From Bacteroidota bacterium (GTDB taxonomy: Bacteria > Bacteroidota > Bacteroidia > Bacteroidales > FEN-979): a stretch of DNA of 64,000 nt. A program made the position numbers and the translations under genes. The stretch is taken from the NCBI GenBank assembly GCA_037133475.1, contig JBAXOB010000017.1:5092-69091 (forward strand). The letters are read 5' to 3'. The notes below the pieces were generated by a model. That model was given only the letters and a program-made list of their open reading frames with translations. It did not search any database and had not been told where the DNA came from. Within the stretch, counting starts at the first letter, position 1. The number at the start of each line of letters is the position of its first letter. This document shows positions 20,346 to 29,514 of the stretch, one piece after another.

Positions 20346-20387
20346 CTAAAACGAAACAAGGCCCTGGTACTTAAACCGGGGCCTTGT
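20346..20387 (-). terminator. Rho-independent terminator downstream of giant gene 5
   Basis: The stem ACAAGGCCC (20356-20364) pairs with GGGCCTTGT (20379-20387), and extra inner pairs are possible. On the minus strand it is followed by TTTCGTTTT. It lies ~20 nt after the stop codon at 20408. Confidence 0.65.
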
Positions 20388-20407
20388 CTCAAGCGGGATA
20401 ACCCATG

Positions 20408-21685
20408 TTATTTATTCACAAGCACCTTCTTGACAACTTTATGTTCGCTGTTAAGGAATACCACTGAATAGATACCATCGGCGATAGGACGGAGATCGAT
20501 TTGCTTTTCGAAGGTGCCGTTTACCCTGATGTCGCCAAAATCATAGATTTTTGCGCCAAGCTGGTTGTAGATCACCACGGAAAATACCTCCTCTACAGGG
20601 CTGGCAATGGAAACGGTAAACCTGCCGTCGTTGGGCACCGGGTAAACGTTGAAGCTGCTGCTTTGCAGTTCATCAACACCGGTAACCACCACCCATACTT
20701 TGTTTGAAATCGGCGAGGAGCATCCGTTAGTGGTGACCATGCACCAGTAATACCCGGTATTATGGGTAACCGTGTAGGTTTGGGAAGTAGCGCCTGCAAT
20801 TGCATTGCCTTGATAATACCACTGGTTTCCCGTAGGGGCGCTGGATGTCAGCACCGCGCCGTTGACGGTTACCGTCGGGGCGCCCGGGATGGCATTCATC
20901 GTGACGTTGAAGTTGGCAGATACCGTGCCGTTTCCACAGGCGTTGGTTCCTTTAACGGTGATTACGCCTGTTCCGGCGGTCGGGCCATAGCTGACCACGA
21001 TATTCCGGGTGGTGGCGCCGGCAGTAATGGTAGCGCCGGCAGGAACGGTCCAGGCATAAGCAGTGGCATTGGCGATGGCGGGTACGCTGTAGGCAACGCC
21101 GGTGGCTCCCACGCAAACGGAGGCAGGACCCGCGATGGCCCCTGCGGCAGCCGGCAACGGGTTAACCGTAACGGCAAATGCAGGGGATGGTGTGCCATTG
21201 CCGCAACTGTTGGTACCGGAAACAAGAATGTTCCCTGAAACTGCGCTGGTGGAGAAGTTGACGGTGATGTTCCTGGTACCGGCCCCGGTGGCAATCGTTG
21301 CGCCGGCGGGCAGGGTCCAGGTAAAGGAGGTGGCATTGAGGATGTCAGCACAGGAGTAGGCGACCCCATTGGTTCCCGCACAAAGGGTGGCAGTCCCGGT
21401 GATGGGGCCTGCGGCGTTCGGCAACGGGTTGACGAAGAGGTTGTAGACGGTGGCAGCAGCAGCGGTGCAGGAGGTGGTGTTGGTGTAATTTACACTGACC
21501 CACTGTGCGCCTACGCCTGTCCACGTTACATTGATGGCGCTGGTGCCCTGGCCCGAAGCAATGGTGCCTCCGGCAGAAACAGCCCAGAGGTAACCGGTCA
21601 TCCCGCCTTCGGTATAGTACATATTCCCGGTCGAACCAACACAGGGAGCATTGTTGCTGCCGATGGTCGGCACGGGAGCCGGGTT
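20408..21685 (-). repeat. Diverged copy of the conserved C-terminal cassette
   Basis: Encodes NPAPVPTIGSNNAPCVGSTGNMYYTEGGMTGYLWAVSAGG...KKVLVNK, collinear with the cassettes of genes 2-4. Nucleotide identity is roughly 80% by eye. Confidence 0.8.
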
Positions 21686-24600
21686 GACGGTAACGTTGAA
21701 CGTTGCCGGTGTTACTGCCGTGCACCCGTTGGCATTGGTATAGTTAACCGTAACCGTGTTTAATCCTGAAGATGCCCATGTAACCGTAACGGTGTTGCTG
21801 ATTGCGGTGCCACCGGCGGTGACGACACCACCTGCCGACACGGTCCAGATGTAATTGGTCATCCCGGCCTGGGTGGTGTAAACCACACCGGCTGTTCCCT
21901 GGCATAATATTGCCGTTCCCGTGAGGGTGGGTACCGGCAGGGGGTTAACGGTAACGGCATAGGATGCCGGTGCTGCAGCAGTACAGTTGCTTGCATTGGT
22001 GTAGCTGACTGTGACTGTGTTCGCCCCGGTGGTTGACCAGGTAACGGTGATGCTGTTGGTAGCTCCACCGCCCGTGATGGCGCCTCCGGCGGATACGGTC
22101 CAGGTATAACCTGTCATACCGGCCTGTGTGGTATATACGTTGGTTGTTGAGTTCACGCAAACGCTTGCAGGACCTGTAATGGTGGGTACCGGCAATGCAT
22201 TAACCGTTACGGCATAGGACGACGACGGACCGGTCATACAGATGCCGACACCGGCAACGGTAATATTTCCGGAGGTTGTACCGAAAGTCACGGTTATGGT
22301 GTTGGTTCCTGCACCCGCGGTAATGGCCGCCCCGGCGGGAAGGGTCCACGAATAACTGGTGGCATTCGTGATTGCCCCGACCGAATAAACAATACCCGTG
22401 GAGTTGGCACATACGGAAGCGGGTCCCGAAATAGTACCTGCTGCCGGGACAACCGGACATCCCGTGAGGAAGGTAAGGTCGTTGCCGTTGGTGGTTCCGC
22501 CTGCATTGATGCCTCTAACCCTGAAATGGTAAGTCGTGGCGGTGAGCAGTCCGGTAATCGTTGCGCTGACATTCTGGTTGGTCACCCCGGTCACTGGTGT
22601 GGGCGTACCCGCAACGGTAGTTCCGTAGGCAACGGTGAGACCGTAATCAAACCATACTGCCGTGGATGCGTTGTTGGCATTGATGATGCCGTTCATGGTG
22701 GCATTGGTGGTGCCGATCGCGGTAGCTGCGGTTGTCGTGACAGTCGGTGCGGCGGCTGCCGTGGTGAAGGTCATGTCGTTGCCGTTGATGGTGCCGCCGG
22801 CATTGGTTCCGTTGATCCTGAAATGATACAGGGTGTTGGGAACAAGGCCTGTGATATTGGCCAGCGATACCTGAACGGTGTTGCCGGTAATGGTAACAGG
22901 AACTCCCGGCACATTGGTGCCGTAAGCTACGGTCGTACCATAATCGAACGATACGGTGGTGGCAAAGTTATTGGCATTCACCGTTCCGTTCAGGGTGGCC
23001 GTTGTCGTGGTAACGAGCGTTGCGGCAGTGGTGACGACGGTCGGGGGACAGAATGTATTGAAGGTCATATCTGCGCCGACATACGGGGTGGCACCCACCA
23101 TTCCTTTTGCCCTGAAGTGATATATAATGCAGTTTGACAACCCGGAAAGGTTGGCTGAAAAGTTGGTTGTTGTTGTGCCTGTGACATTAACGGGCACGGC
23201 GGCAATGTTTGAACCGTAGGCAACCGTGAGTCCGTAATCAAAACTGGTAATGACCAGTTCATTGTTAGCCAACGCTGATCCGTTCAGGGTAGCACTGGTA
23301 CCGGTGACGAGGGTTGCGGCCAATGTGGTAATAACGGGAGCAACGGTGAACTCATAGGCCCCGATATCAGGCGTAGAAATGCGGGTTACGCCGGCATAGT
23401 CGGTGGTGACCGCCGCGATGGTCGTTCCTGCATTGTTCAGTTCCACCTTTGCGGTATGCAGGTCGGTGGAGGATACAAACTGGGGATCCACGTTCTGTGA
23501 GTTATAATCACCGCCGGTGGCCGTTCTCCATGCTGCCATGGTTGTCTGGTCGGCTGCGTTGTAGTAGGCCAGTGTTCCTGAAGCGGAATAGAGGTCGTTG
23601 TAATTTGAACTCCACACGCCTGTGCTGGAAATGTAAGCGGCATAATGCTTACCGGTTCCGCCGGCTACCCTGTTATTGGCAAAGATATTGTTGTTGACGG
23701 TATAAAAGGCTGCAACGCTGCGATAGAAAGCATAGGTGGTTGATGTGGTTGTAGCCGGTCCGCTCACATAGAAATCGTTGTAATACAGGTTAAAGAACGA
23801 GGTGGAATAGGACCCATCATAAAATCCGTAGATGACGGGATTGGTTGCCAGGCCGCCGTCGAGCGTAACCAGGTTGTTTGAGTATTCATTGGTAACCCCG
23901 CTGGCTCCATAGTTATAGATGCCATATATGTAAGGCGTTAATCCGGCATTGGCACAGGAAATGTTGAAGACCTTATTCTTCTTCACATTGGCCGAATAGA
24001 TATACATGCCCCGGGCATAAGGTGAACCGGTGGTTCCGGTCAGTGACCAGTTTCCGAAGATATTGTTTTCAACTGCATTCCCGGGGTTTGCGGTAGAGCA
24101 ATAGAGGCCCCAGATGGAACCTGGTCCTGCCATGGAGATGGAACCGGCGACGGTGTTGCTACCCAGGATGTTGGGCGTTACAGTGCCTACTTTAACCCAC
24201 CCGCCGGTAAGTCCCATCAGGTAAATGGCGCCGGTATAGGCGGTGTTGGTGAAGCTGATACCCGAAACGGTATTGCCCTGGATGAAGGAAGCCGCAGTAG
24301 CGGAAAGTGACCCGTAGATTCCATAGAAATACCCTGCCGACAGGGCACAGGTAATCGAGGTTGGTACGGTCGGGTTCCCGATGACATTATTCAGGATGTT
24401 GGCAACACCAGCGGTGAAATTGATGCCATAAAGATAGGCGCTGCCGGTGTTTGACATGTTGATATTCTGAACCGTGTTGTTTGAAATGGTAGTCGGGGTG
24501 ATAACACCAAGCGTCAGGTACATTCCGTAAATATAGTTGGTCGTGGCATTCGTCCAGGCTGTGCCTGCACAAAGAGGAGCCGAGCCGCCCACGTAGTTGT

Positions 24601-27600
24601 TGCTGATCGTATGGTTGTTGGTGCTCCCGATGAGGTATATCCCGTATTGCGTTGCAGTGGATGCGGTTGCAGAGTTGTAATAAAAACTGTTCCCCGTGAT
24701 AACTGCGCCATTGGCAACCGTGGTGAAATACAGCCCGTAGTTTTTATAATTATAGATATTGTTGTTGATAACCCTGAGGGAATTGAGGAAATTGGCATTG
24801 TAGATCCCGGTGGTCTGAACGCCTGTCGTTCCTCCGGTTGCATCCCCGATATTATTCCCGTTGATTTCAACGATGTTGTTGCCGGTTGTGCCGATATTGA
24901 CGGTTCCGTAGGTGGTGGTGGTGCCGTTATTTTCAATGGTGCAATTCTTCAGGTAACAGGCCTGCGATCCATTGTTGAACTGGATGGTGGGTCCAGTGTT
25001 GGCCGCCGTGGCATTGGTATTGCGGAAGGTCAGGTATTTGCCGGCCTGTCCGTCGATGGTGAAGCGGCTTGCGCCATTGGTTCTGATCATGGCAATCCCG
25101 GTGCCGACGGCCGTGCCGCTGATGGTGCGGAGGGTGGTTGCATCGGGCTTGATGGTCAGGGTGTAGTTTGCACCCGGAACATCCTCGGCCCAAGGGTTGA
25201 GGGCGACCGTGCCCGGTTCGACCAGGTCGGCGGTGATGTTGATGGTCGTATTGCCGACAAGCACGCCCTGGTTGATCATGTCAAAGGCACCGCCTGTATT
25301 GGTCAGGGTGGCATAGGTCCCGGGAACTGTGATGGTTGTAGGGATTGATCCGGAAACGATGGTATAGGTCTGGAAATTGGCAGGTTTAGCGTTGATGTTC
25401 TGTACCGGAGGATTGGCGCTGGCGCCGGCCATCAGGTAGTTTGAACTGAGGTTGTTGGCTGCATCCTGTGCCACGACAAAATACTGGATGATGTCGCCCG
25501 CAACCACGCTGCCCGTATTGATGATACCGTAGTTAATGGTAAAACTGAAGGGACTGACCGTGTTGCTTGCGGTAACATATTTCCAGCCGTTGTCGGCACT
25601 GGTGTTTCCAACGAATGCATCGGCATCTGTCGATTTTTTGAAATAGATCCTGGGAAGGCTTGCACCCGTTGATACACCTACGTTATCGGTAATTGTCGCC
25701 CAGTTGGTCAATACGCGGTTGGCAGTGGTGCCGTTGCCCATGGCCACATAGGAGATGTTGGGTCCGAAAACGTCGGCCGAAAGGGTGAAGTTGCCGGCAT
25801 CGGCGCCAACATCGGTAGGTGTGAGGCCGCTGCGGGCAGTTCCGTCATAATCATCGGTGACATTGGCAAGCGCCTTTCCGGCCGCTTCGATCGGGGTTGG
25901 GCTCTGTACATGCAGGTTGGCCGTGGCGGTATTGCCGTTGGGAGCCACAAAATTAGGATCTGCATTCCCGCTGGCCATTTCGGTGTTGGTGGCACCCTTG
26001 TAGGCTGCGAAGGTTGCCTGGTCGGCCGAGTTGAAATAACCGAAGGTGCCGCCGGTTGCCCCGTTGGCAAGGATCAGGTTGTAATTGCTGGTAACGCCCA
26101 ACGGGAAGATGGTCGTGCCGGCGATCCTGATACCGTAATGTTTTCCGGTTAAACCGCCTGAACGGGTATTGACGAAGATGTTGTCGAGGCAATACCGCGG
26201 GGTCGATAACGAGGGAGTCATTACGCTGTTGAAGGCATAGGTGTTTCCCGTGGTTACGGCAGCCGGGGCGCCCCCGATATAGACGCTGTTGTTCAGGATG
26301 CTGTCAACGGTGGCGGTACTCTCATAAATACCGTTGATGATACAGCTGGAGGTGTTGGCCGATCCGTCGGGATTGACACCCAGCTGGATCATGTTGTTCC
26401 TGGCAGTAACATAGGTACCCCCGTCGGAGAGGTAAAGCCCTGTCAGCTGTCCGGTTGCACTCGAAGTAGCCAGGCCCATGTTGTGGATGAAGTTTTTCTC
26501 GATCAGCAGGCTGCCGGCGGTATGGCCTGTATAGATGCCATGGGCGCCAACCGCTGCCAGGGGTTCGGTGTTGGTAAGGTTATAAATAAGGTTCGAGCGG
26601 ATGATGGACCCGGGAACTGAATTCAGCGAATAGATACCCACCAGCGAGGCGATACCCGCAATGGTGGTGTTGGCCGCCGAGGTATTCAGGTCGCGGATGG
26701 TGTTGTTGCTCAGAACATTGGGCAGACCGGTGCCGGCGGCATAGATACCAACGATATGTGATCCGTTATAGGAACTCAGGTTGTTGATATTGGCAACCGT
26801 ATTGTTGGCAACCGACATGGTGCCGGAACCTGTCGACGAGATAAAGAAGGCCTGCAGCTGGACCGGAGGGTAGGCCATCGCCGGTGTCTGGATACTGTTG
26901 GCGGTGGTGAGACTCCCGGCGAGGTTACCGCTTACGGATATGGTGCCGTTCTGCACGGTCGGTGTCACTGAAAATGGTCTCAGGGTAAGGGTGTAGGTCG
27001 ATGTTGAACCTGCAGCACCTGTGATGGAGAAAGATCCGAAGGTATTGTTCGTGACATTCCCGTACATGCCCCTGAAATCGAGTCCTTCGTAGGTGGATGC
27101 ATATGCGCCGTTACCCACGGAGATCGAGATCGACCCGGTGCCGGTGGCAGACCCGATCGTGTTGTTGGAGATATTCTGGATACCGGCTACGGAAAGCAGA
27201 CCGGTAAAAAAGATGGATGCAGCGGTAGGATTGGTGTACAGCACGATATTGGCAATGGTATTCCCCTGGATTGTGCTGGGATTGATCGTAAGAACGCCCG
27301 TCTGGAAACGCAGGGCATAGATGAAATTGGCAATGGTGGGAGGAGTTCCGTTCCCGTTGAGCGTCCAGGGCGTACCGCCGCAGTTGGCGGCAGATCCGCC
27401 GATGTAATTATTGAGGATATTAAAGCCATCACCGGAAGCAAGGAAAATAACATTGTATCCTACAGCAACCGTCGGGTTCATGGTGTTTGCCATGTAAAAA
27501 CTGTTTCCGCTGATGGTCCAGCCCGTTGAGCCTGAGAACAAACCAATGCCGATCGGGTTGCCTCCTGCGGGAGCATAGAAATCGTGAATGAGGCAGTTTG

Positions 27601-29062
27601 AAATGGTATTGTTGCTGTTGAACAATAACGGGGAGGCAGAACCTGAAGAGGCAACGGCATAAAGCGGGGAGGTTGCGCCATCCCTGATTTCGCAGTTATC
27701 GATCAGGTTGTTGTTGTTCCCGGTTAATGCGGTGGTGCCCCCGAAGTTAACGGTTCCAAAGGTACCGGCATTGTTAGCGCCTTTTATAATGCAATACTGG
27801 ATAGCGTTATAGGAGGATCCGTTGACAAGTCCAACCGTAAAACCGGTTGTGGAGGTATTATCCAGGATAAGGCTTTTGGTGGTCCCGGCAGCATTCACCC
27901 GGCCGTCAAACACAACGTATTGCGCACCTGAGTAGTAAATTGTGCCGCTGGCGCTGGCGCTGGAAACGGAAAGTCCAGCGGCCGAAGGATAAACGGTTAC
28001 CTTTTGGGTTGAACTTGTCCCGGCGATCGGGTTGATGATGATGGGAAAAGTTTCAACTGTTGAAACGTAGGTCGATTGGAGGATCAGGTTTACAGCACAT
28101 GAAATCCCGTTGGCGGCCAGATCCTGGAAGGCGGCGGTCAGGGAGAGATAGTTGCCTGTAGGGCCAACTGTTTTGTTGCCGCATACAGGAATTGGCGGAA
28201 GGGTGATCTGTGATCCTGTAAGATAGGCAGATTCTGCATCGGCAAAAGCGACCACCCTGAAATAATAGGTAACCCCGGCAATCAAACCGGTTACAGGTTG
28301 CGAGTAAAGCGTGCCTGTAGTGGCGACTGAGGTAGAGGTAATATCAGTACCTACCTGGGTGTAGGTAACCAGGTCGGTCGATTTATAAACCCTGAAACCG
28401 ACCTCATTGGTCGAATTGTCGGTCCAGCCTATGTTCATACTGGATTGGGTGACGGCAGAGGCCGTAAAGTTGATGGGCGGTGCCGGGATGATCGGGTTGA
28501 GCACCCTGAATTCGTCAACGCCGATATCGGTAACCCCCCAGTCGGAGGTTGCGGTAAGCTTGATTTTGGTGGTGGCCGAATTTCCCGGGAGGGTGGTTGT
28601 GTATTCCGTCCATGCTGCGGAAACCCCAAGGGTTCTAAGGGTGGCTGACCAGGTGGTTCCGCCGTCGTTGGACGAATATACGTTCAGAACGTCTGTTCCG
28701 GAGGTGTTGATGTAGTAAAATTTCACGACAACAGCACCCGCAGTGTAGGCTGAAAGGTTAATTACAGGGGTGATAAAGTCACCGGTTGTGCCACTTGTAG
28801 CATCATAACTGTGAAATCGTGCAGAATGAAGGGTTGAATTTGCACCGGCAGGCGTATAGGAACCAGAGGTGCTTGTCCACCCCGTGGTGTAATCATCGCG
28901 CTGCCACTGGTCATCAGCCGGCGTGGAGGTTCCTGACCATGCCGGAGAAAGGGTTGATGGGATCGTCCATGCAGCCTCAAAGTTCTGCGTGAAGATTGTC
29001 TGACCAACTGAATAATAACTGGTCGCAATCATAAACAACAAAAAAAGTAGAATTTTTCTCAT
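20408..29062 (-). CDS. Giant T9SS cargo/surface protein 5 (2884 aa): MAM-like N-domain, FN3, two complete parallel beta-helix units, three FN3-like modules, PKD-like stalk, type A T9SS CTD
   Basis: Uninterrupted 2884-codon ORF. Signal peptide MRKILLFLLFMIATSYYSVGQ. FN3 segment (PPINFTASAVTQSSMNIGWTDNSTNEVGFRVYKS...YYFRVVAF). Many NNxIxN beta-helix turns. FN3-like modules SFDYGLTVAYGS, SFDYGTTVAYGT and WFDYGLTVAYGT. Three B repeats. C-terminus VYPVPNDGRFTVSI...GIYSVVFLNSEHKVVKKVLVNK. Confidence 0.9.
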   Translation of the reverse strand: MRKILLFLLFMIATSYYSVGQTIFTQNFEAAWTIPSTLSPAWSGTSTPADDQWQRDDYTTGWTSTSGSYTPAGANSTLHSARFHSYDATSGTTGDFITPVINLSAYTAGAVVVKFYYINTSGTDVLNVYSSNDGGTTWSATLRTLGVSAAWTEYTTTLPGNSATTKIKLTATSDWGVTDIGVDEFRVLNPIIPAPPINFTASAVTQSSMNIGWTDNSTNEVGFRVYKSTDLVTYTQVGTDITSTSVATTGTLYSQPVTGLIAGVTYYFRVVAFADAESAYLTGSQITLPPIPVCGNKTVGPTGNYLSLTAAFQDLAANGISCAVNLILQSTYVSTVETFPIIINPIAGTSSTQKVTVYPSAAGLSVSSASASGTIYYSGAQYVVFDGRVNAAGTTKSLILDNTSTTGFTVGLVNGSSYNAIQYCIIKGANNAGTFGTVNFGGTTALTGNNNNLIDNCEIRDGATSPLYAVASSGSASPLLFNSNNTISNCLIHDFYAPAGGNPIGIGLFSGSTGWTISGNSFYMANTMNPTVAVGYNVIFLASGDGFNILNNYIGGSAANCGGTPWTLNGNGTPPTIANFIYALRFQTGVLTINPSTIQGNTIANIVLYTNPTAASIFFTGLLSVAGIQNISNNTIGSATGTGSISISVGNGAYASTYEGLDFRGMYGNVTNNTFGSFSITGAAGSTSTYTLTLRPFSVTPTVQNGTISVSGNLAGSLTTANSIQTPAMAYPPVQLQAFFISSTGSGTMSVANNTVANINNLSSYNGSHIVGIYAAGTGLPNVLSNNTIRDLNTSAANTTIAGIASLVGIYSLNSVPGSIIRSNLIYNLTNTEPLAAVGAHGIYTGHTAGSLLIEKNFIHNMGLATSSATGQLTGLYLSDGGTYVTARNNMIQLGVNPDGSANTSSCIINGIYESTATVDSILNNSVYIGGAPAAVTTGNTYAFNSVMTPSLSTPRYCLDNIFVNTRSGGLTGKHYGIRIAGTTIFPLGVTSNYNLILANGATGGTFGYFNSADQATFAAYKGATNTEMASGNADPNFVAPNGNTATANLHVQSPTPIEAAGKALANVTDDYDGTARSGLTPTDVGADAGNFTLSADVFGPNISYVAMGNGTTANRVLTNWATITDNVGVSTGASLPRIYFKKSTDADAFVGNTSADNGWKYVTASNTVSPFSFTINYGIINTGSVVAGDIIQYFVVAQDAANNLSSNYLMAGASANPPVQNINAKPANFQTYTIVSGSIPTTITVPGTYATLTNTGGAFDMINQGVLVGNTTINITADLVEPGTVALNPWAEDVPGANYTLTIKPDATTLRTISGTAVGTGIAMIRTNGASRFTIDGQAGKYLTFRNTNATAANTGPTIQFNNGSQACYLKNCTIENNGTTTTYGTVNIGTTGNNIVEINGNNIGDATGGTTGVQTTGIYNANFLNSLRVINNNIYNYKNYGLYFTTVANGAVITGNSFYYNSATASTATQYGIYLIGSTNNHTISNNYVGGSAPLCAGTAWTNATTNYIYGMYLTLGVITPTTISNNTVQNINMSNTGSAYLYGINFTAGVANILNNVIGNPTVPTSITCALSAGYFYGIYGSLSATAASFIQGNTVSGISFTNTAYTGAIYLMGLTGGWVKVGTVTPNILGSNTVAGSISMAGPGSIWGLYCSTANPGNAVENNIFGNWSLTGTTGSPYARGMYIYSANVKKNKVFNISCANAGLTPYIYGIYNYGASGVTNEYSNNLVTLDGGLATNPVIYGFYDGSYSTSFFNLYYNDFYVSGPATTTSTTYAFYRSVAAFYTVNNNIFANNRVAGGTGKHYAAYISSTGVWSSNYNDLYSASGTLAYYNAADQTTMAAWRTATGGDYNSQNVDPQFVSSTDLHTAKVELNNAGTTIAAVTTDYAGVTRISTPDIGAYEFTVAPVITTLAATLVTGTSATLNGSALANNELVITSFDYGLTVAYGSNIAAVPVNVTGTTTTNFSANLSGLSNCIIYHFRAKGMVGATPYVGADMTFNTFCPPTVVTTAATLVTTTTATLNGTVNANNFATTVSFDYGTTVAYGTNVPGVPVTITGNTVQVSLANITGLVPNTLYHFRINGTNAGGTINGNDMTFTTAAAAPTVTTTAATAIGTTNATMNGIINANNASTAVWFDYGLTVAYGTTVAGTPTPVTGVTNQNVSATITGLLTATTYHFRVRGINAGGTTNGNDLTFLTGCPVVPAAGTISGPASVCANSTGIVYSVGAITNATSYSWTLPAGAAITAGAGTNTITVTFGTTSGNITVAGVGICMTGPSSSYAVTVNALPVPTITGPASVCVNSTTNVYTTQAGMTGYTWTVSAGGAITGGGATNSITVTWSTTGANTVTVSYTNASNCTAAAPASYAVTVNPLPVPTLTGTAILCQGTAGVVYTTQAGMTNYIWTVSAGGVVTAGGTAISNTVTVTWASSGLNTVTVNYTNANGCTAVTPATFNVTVNPAPVPTIGSNNAPCVGSTGNMYYTEGGMTGYLWAVSAGGTIASGQGTSAINVTWTGVGAQWVSVNYTNTTSCTAAAATVYNLFVNPLPNAAGPITGTATLCAGTNGVAYSCADILNATSFTWTLPAGATIATGAGTRNITVNFSTSAVSGNILVSGTNSCGNGTPSPAFAVTVNPLPAAAGAIAGPASVCVGATGVAYSVPAIANATAYAWTVPAGATITAGATTRNIVVSYGPTAGTGVITVKGTNACGNGTVSANFNVTMNAIPGAPTVTVNGAVLTSSAPTGNQWYYQGNAIAGATSQTYTVTHNTGYYWCMVTTNGCSSPISNKVWVVVTGVDELQSSSFNVYPVPNDGRFTVSIASPVEEVFSVVIYNQLGAKIYDFGDIRVNGTFEKQIDLRPIADGIYSVVFLNSEHKVVKKVLVNK

Positions 29063-29514
29063 ACAATTAATTTGTTTGTTGGTTGGTTAAATGTTTACTT
29101 GTGGGGGGCTTATTTAAAGTTTACTTTGCCTGGATAATTAATTAAATATTTGATAATTATATATTTACAGGAATTGTTCCACTCGCATTCCCTTTGTTGT
29201 TGCCATGGGTAATCACCGGGACAACAGGCAAGATTGAAACCAAATAATTACTGAACGAGATGAGTATTGTGAGAATCAAAGATATAGTAAATATCATTCA
29301 ATTCTGATGGGTGAGAAAATTTAACGTTTTTTAACGTTTAATAAAGGGCCACATTTTCAATGACTTATTGTTATTCCATTCACAGGCTTCGACGGTTATA
29401 ATGGAAAATTACCGTTGAATACCCTAACAATACAGGTCATAATGGAAGCGGCCCCGGCCGTTTTTAGATGTAAAGGCGGGGGATTGATTTGATGGAAAAC
29501 CGGATCGGATAGTA

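Noticed and set aside
4588-21725. Same-strand alternative-frame ORFs lie inside the giants, for example 4588-4968, 10304-10612, 14357-15049 and 21345-21725.
   Set aside because: These are out-of-frame readings of the real genes. They are Cys/Arg/His-rich nonsense composition, and their duplication at offset 6005 simply reflects the nucleotide repeat.
463-25348. Many long plus-strand ORFs lie inside the giant genes, for example 463-1017, 3633-4160, 7807-8268, 9109-9612, 12286-12816, 22526-23137 and 24611-25348.
   Set aside because: They are antisense to uninterrupted 1100-2900-codon ORFs with clear domain content. Their translations are low-complexity (Gly/Arg/Val/Pro-rich) mirror images of Thr/Gly/Ala/Asn-rich coding sequence. 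They have no signal peptides or recognisable motifs.
97-29062. A CRISPR array or non-coding tandem repeat as an explanation for the ~250-bp periodicity.
   Set aside because: The periodicity is the ~85-aa PKD-like repeat inside continuous ORFs. The units are divergent, there are no short identical repeats with unique spacers, and there are no cas genes.
29440-29470. A GC-rich hairpin GCGGCCCCGGCCG followed by TTTTT downstream of hldD.
   Set aside because: The T-run is on the plus strand, where no upstream gene exists. On the minus strand (hldD) no T-run follows. The stem is very short with a 2-nt loop.
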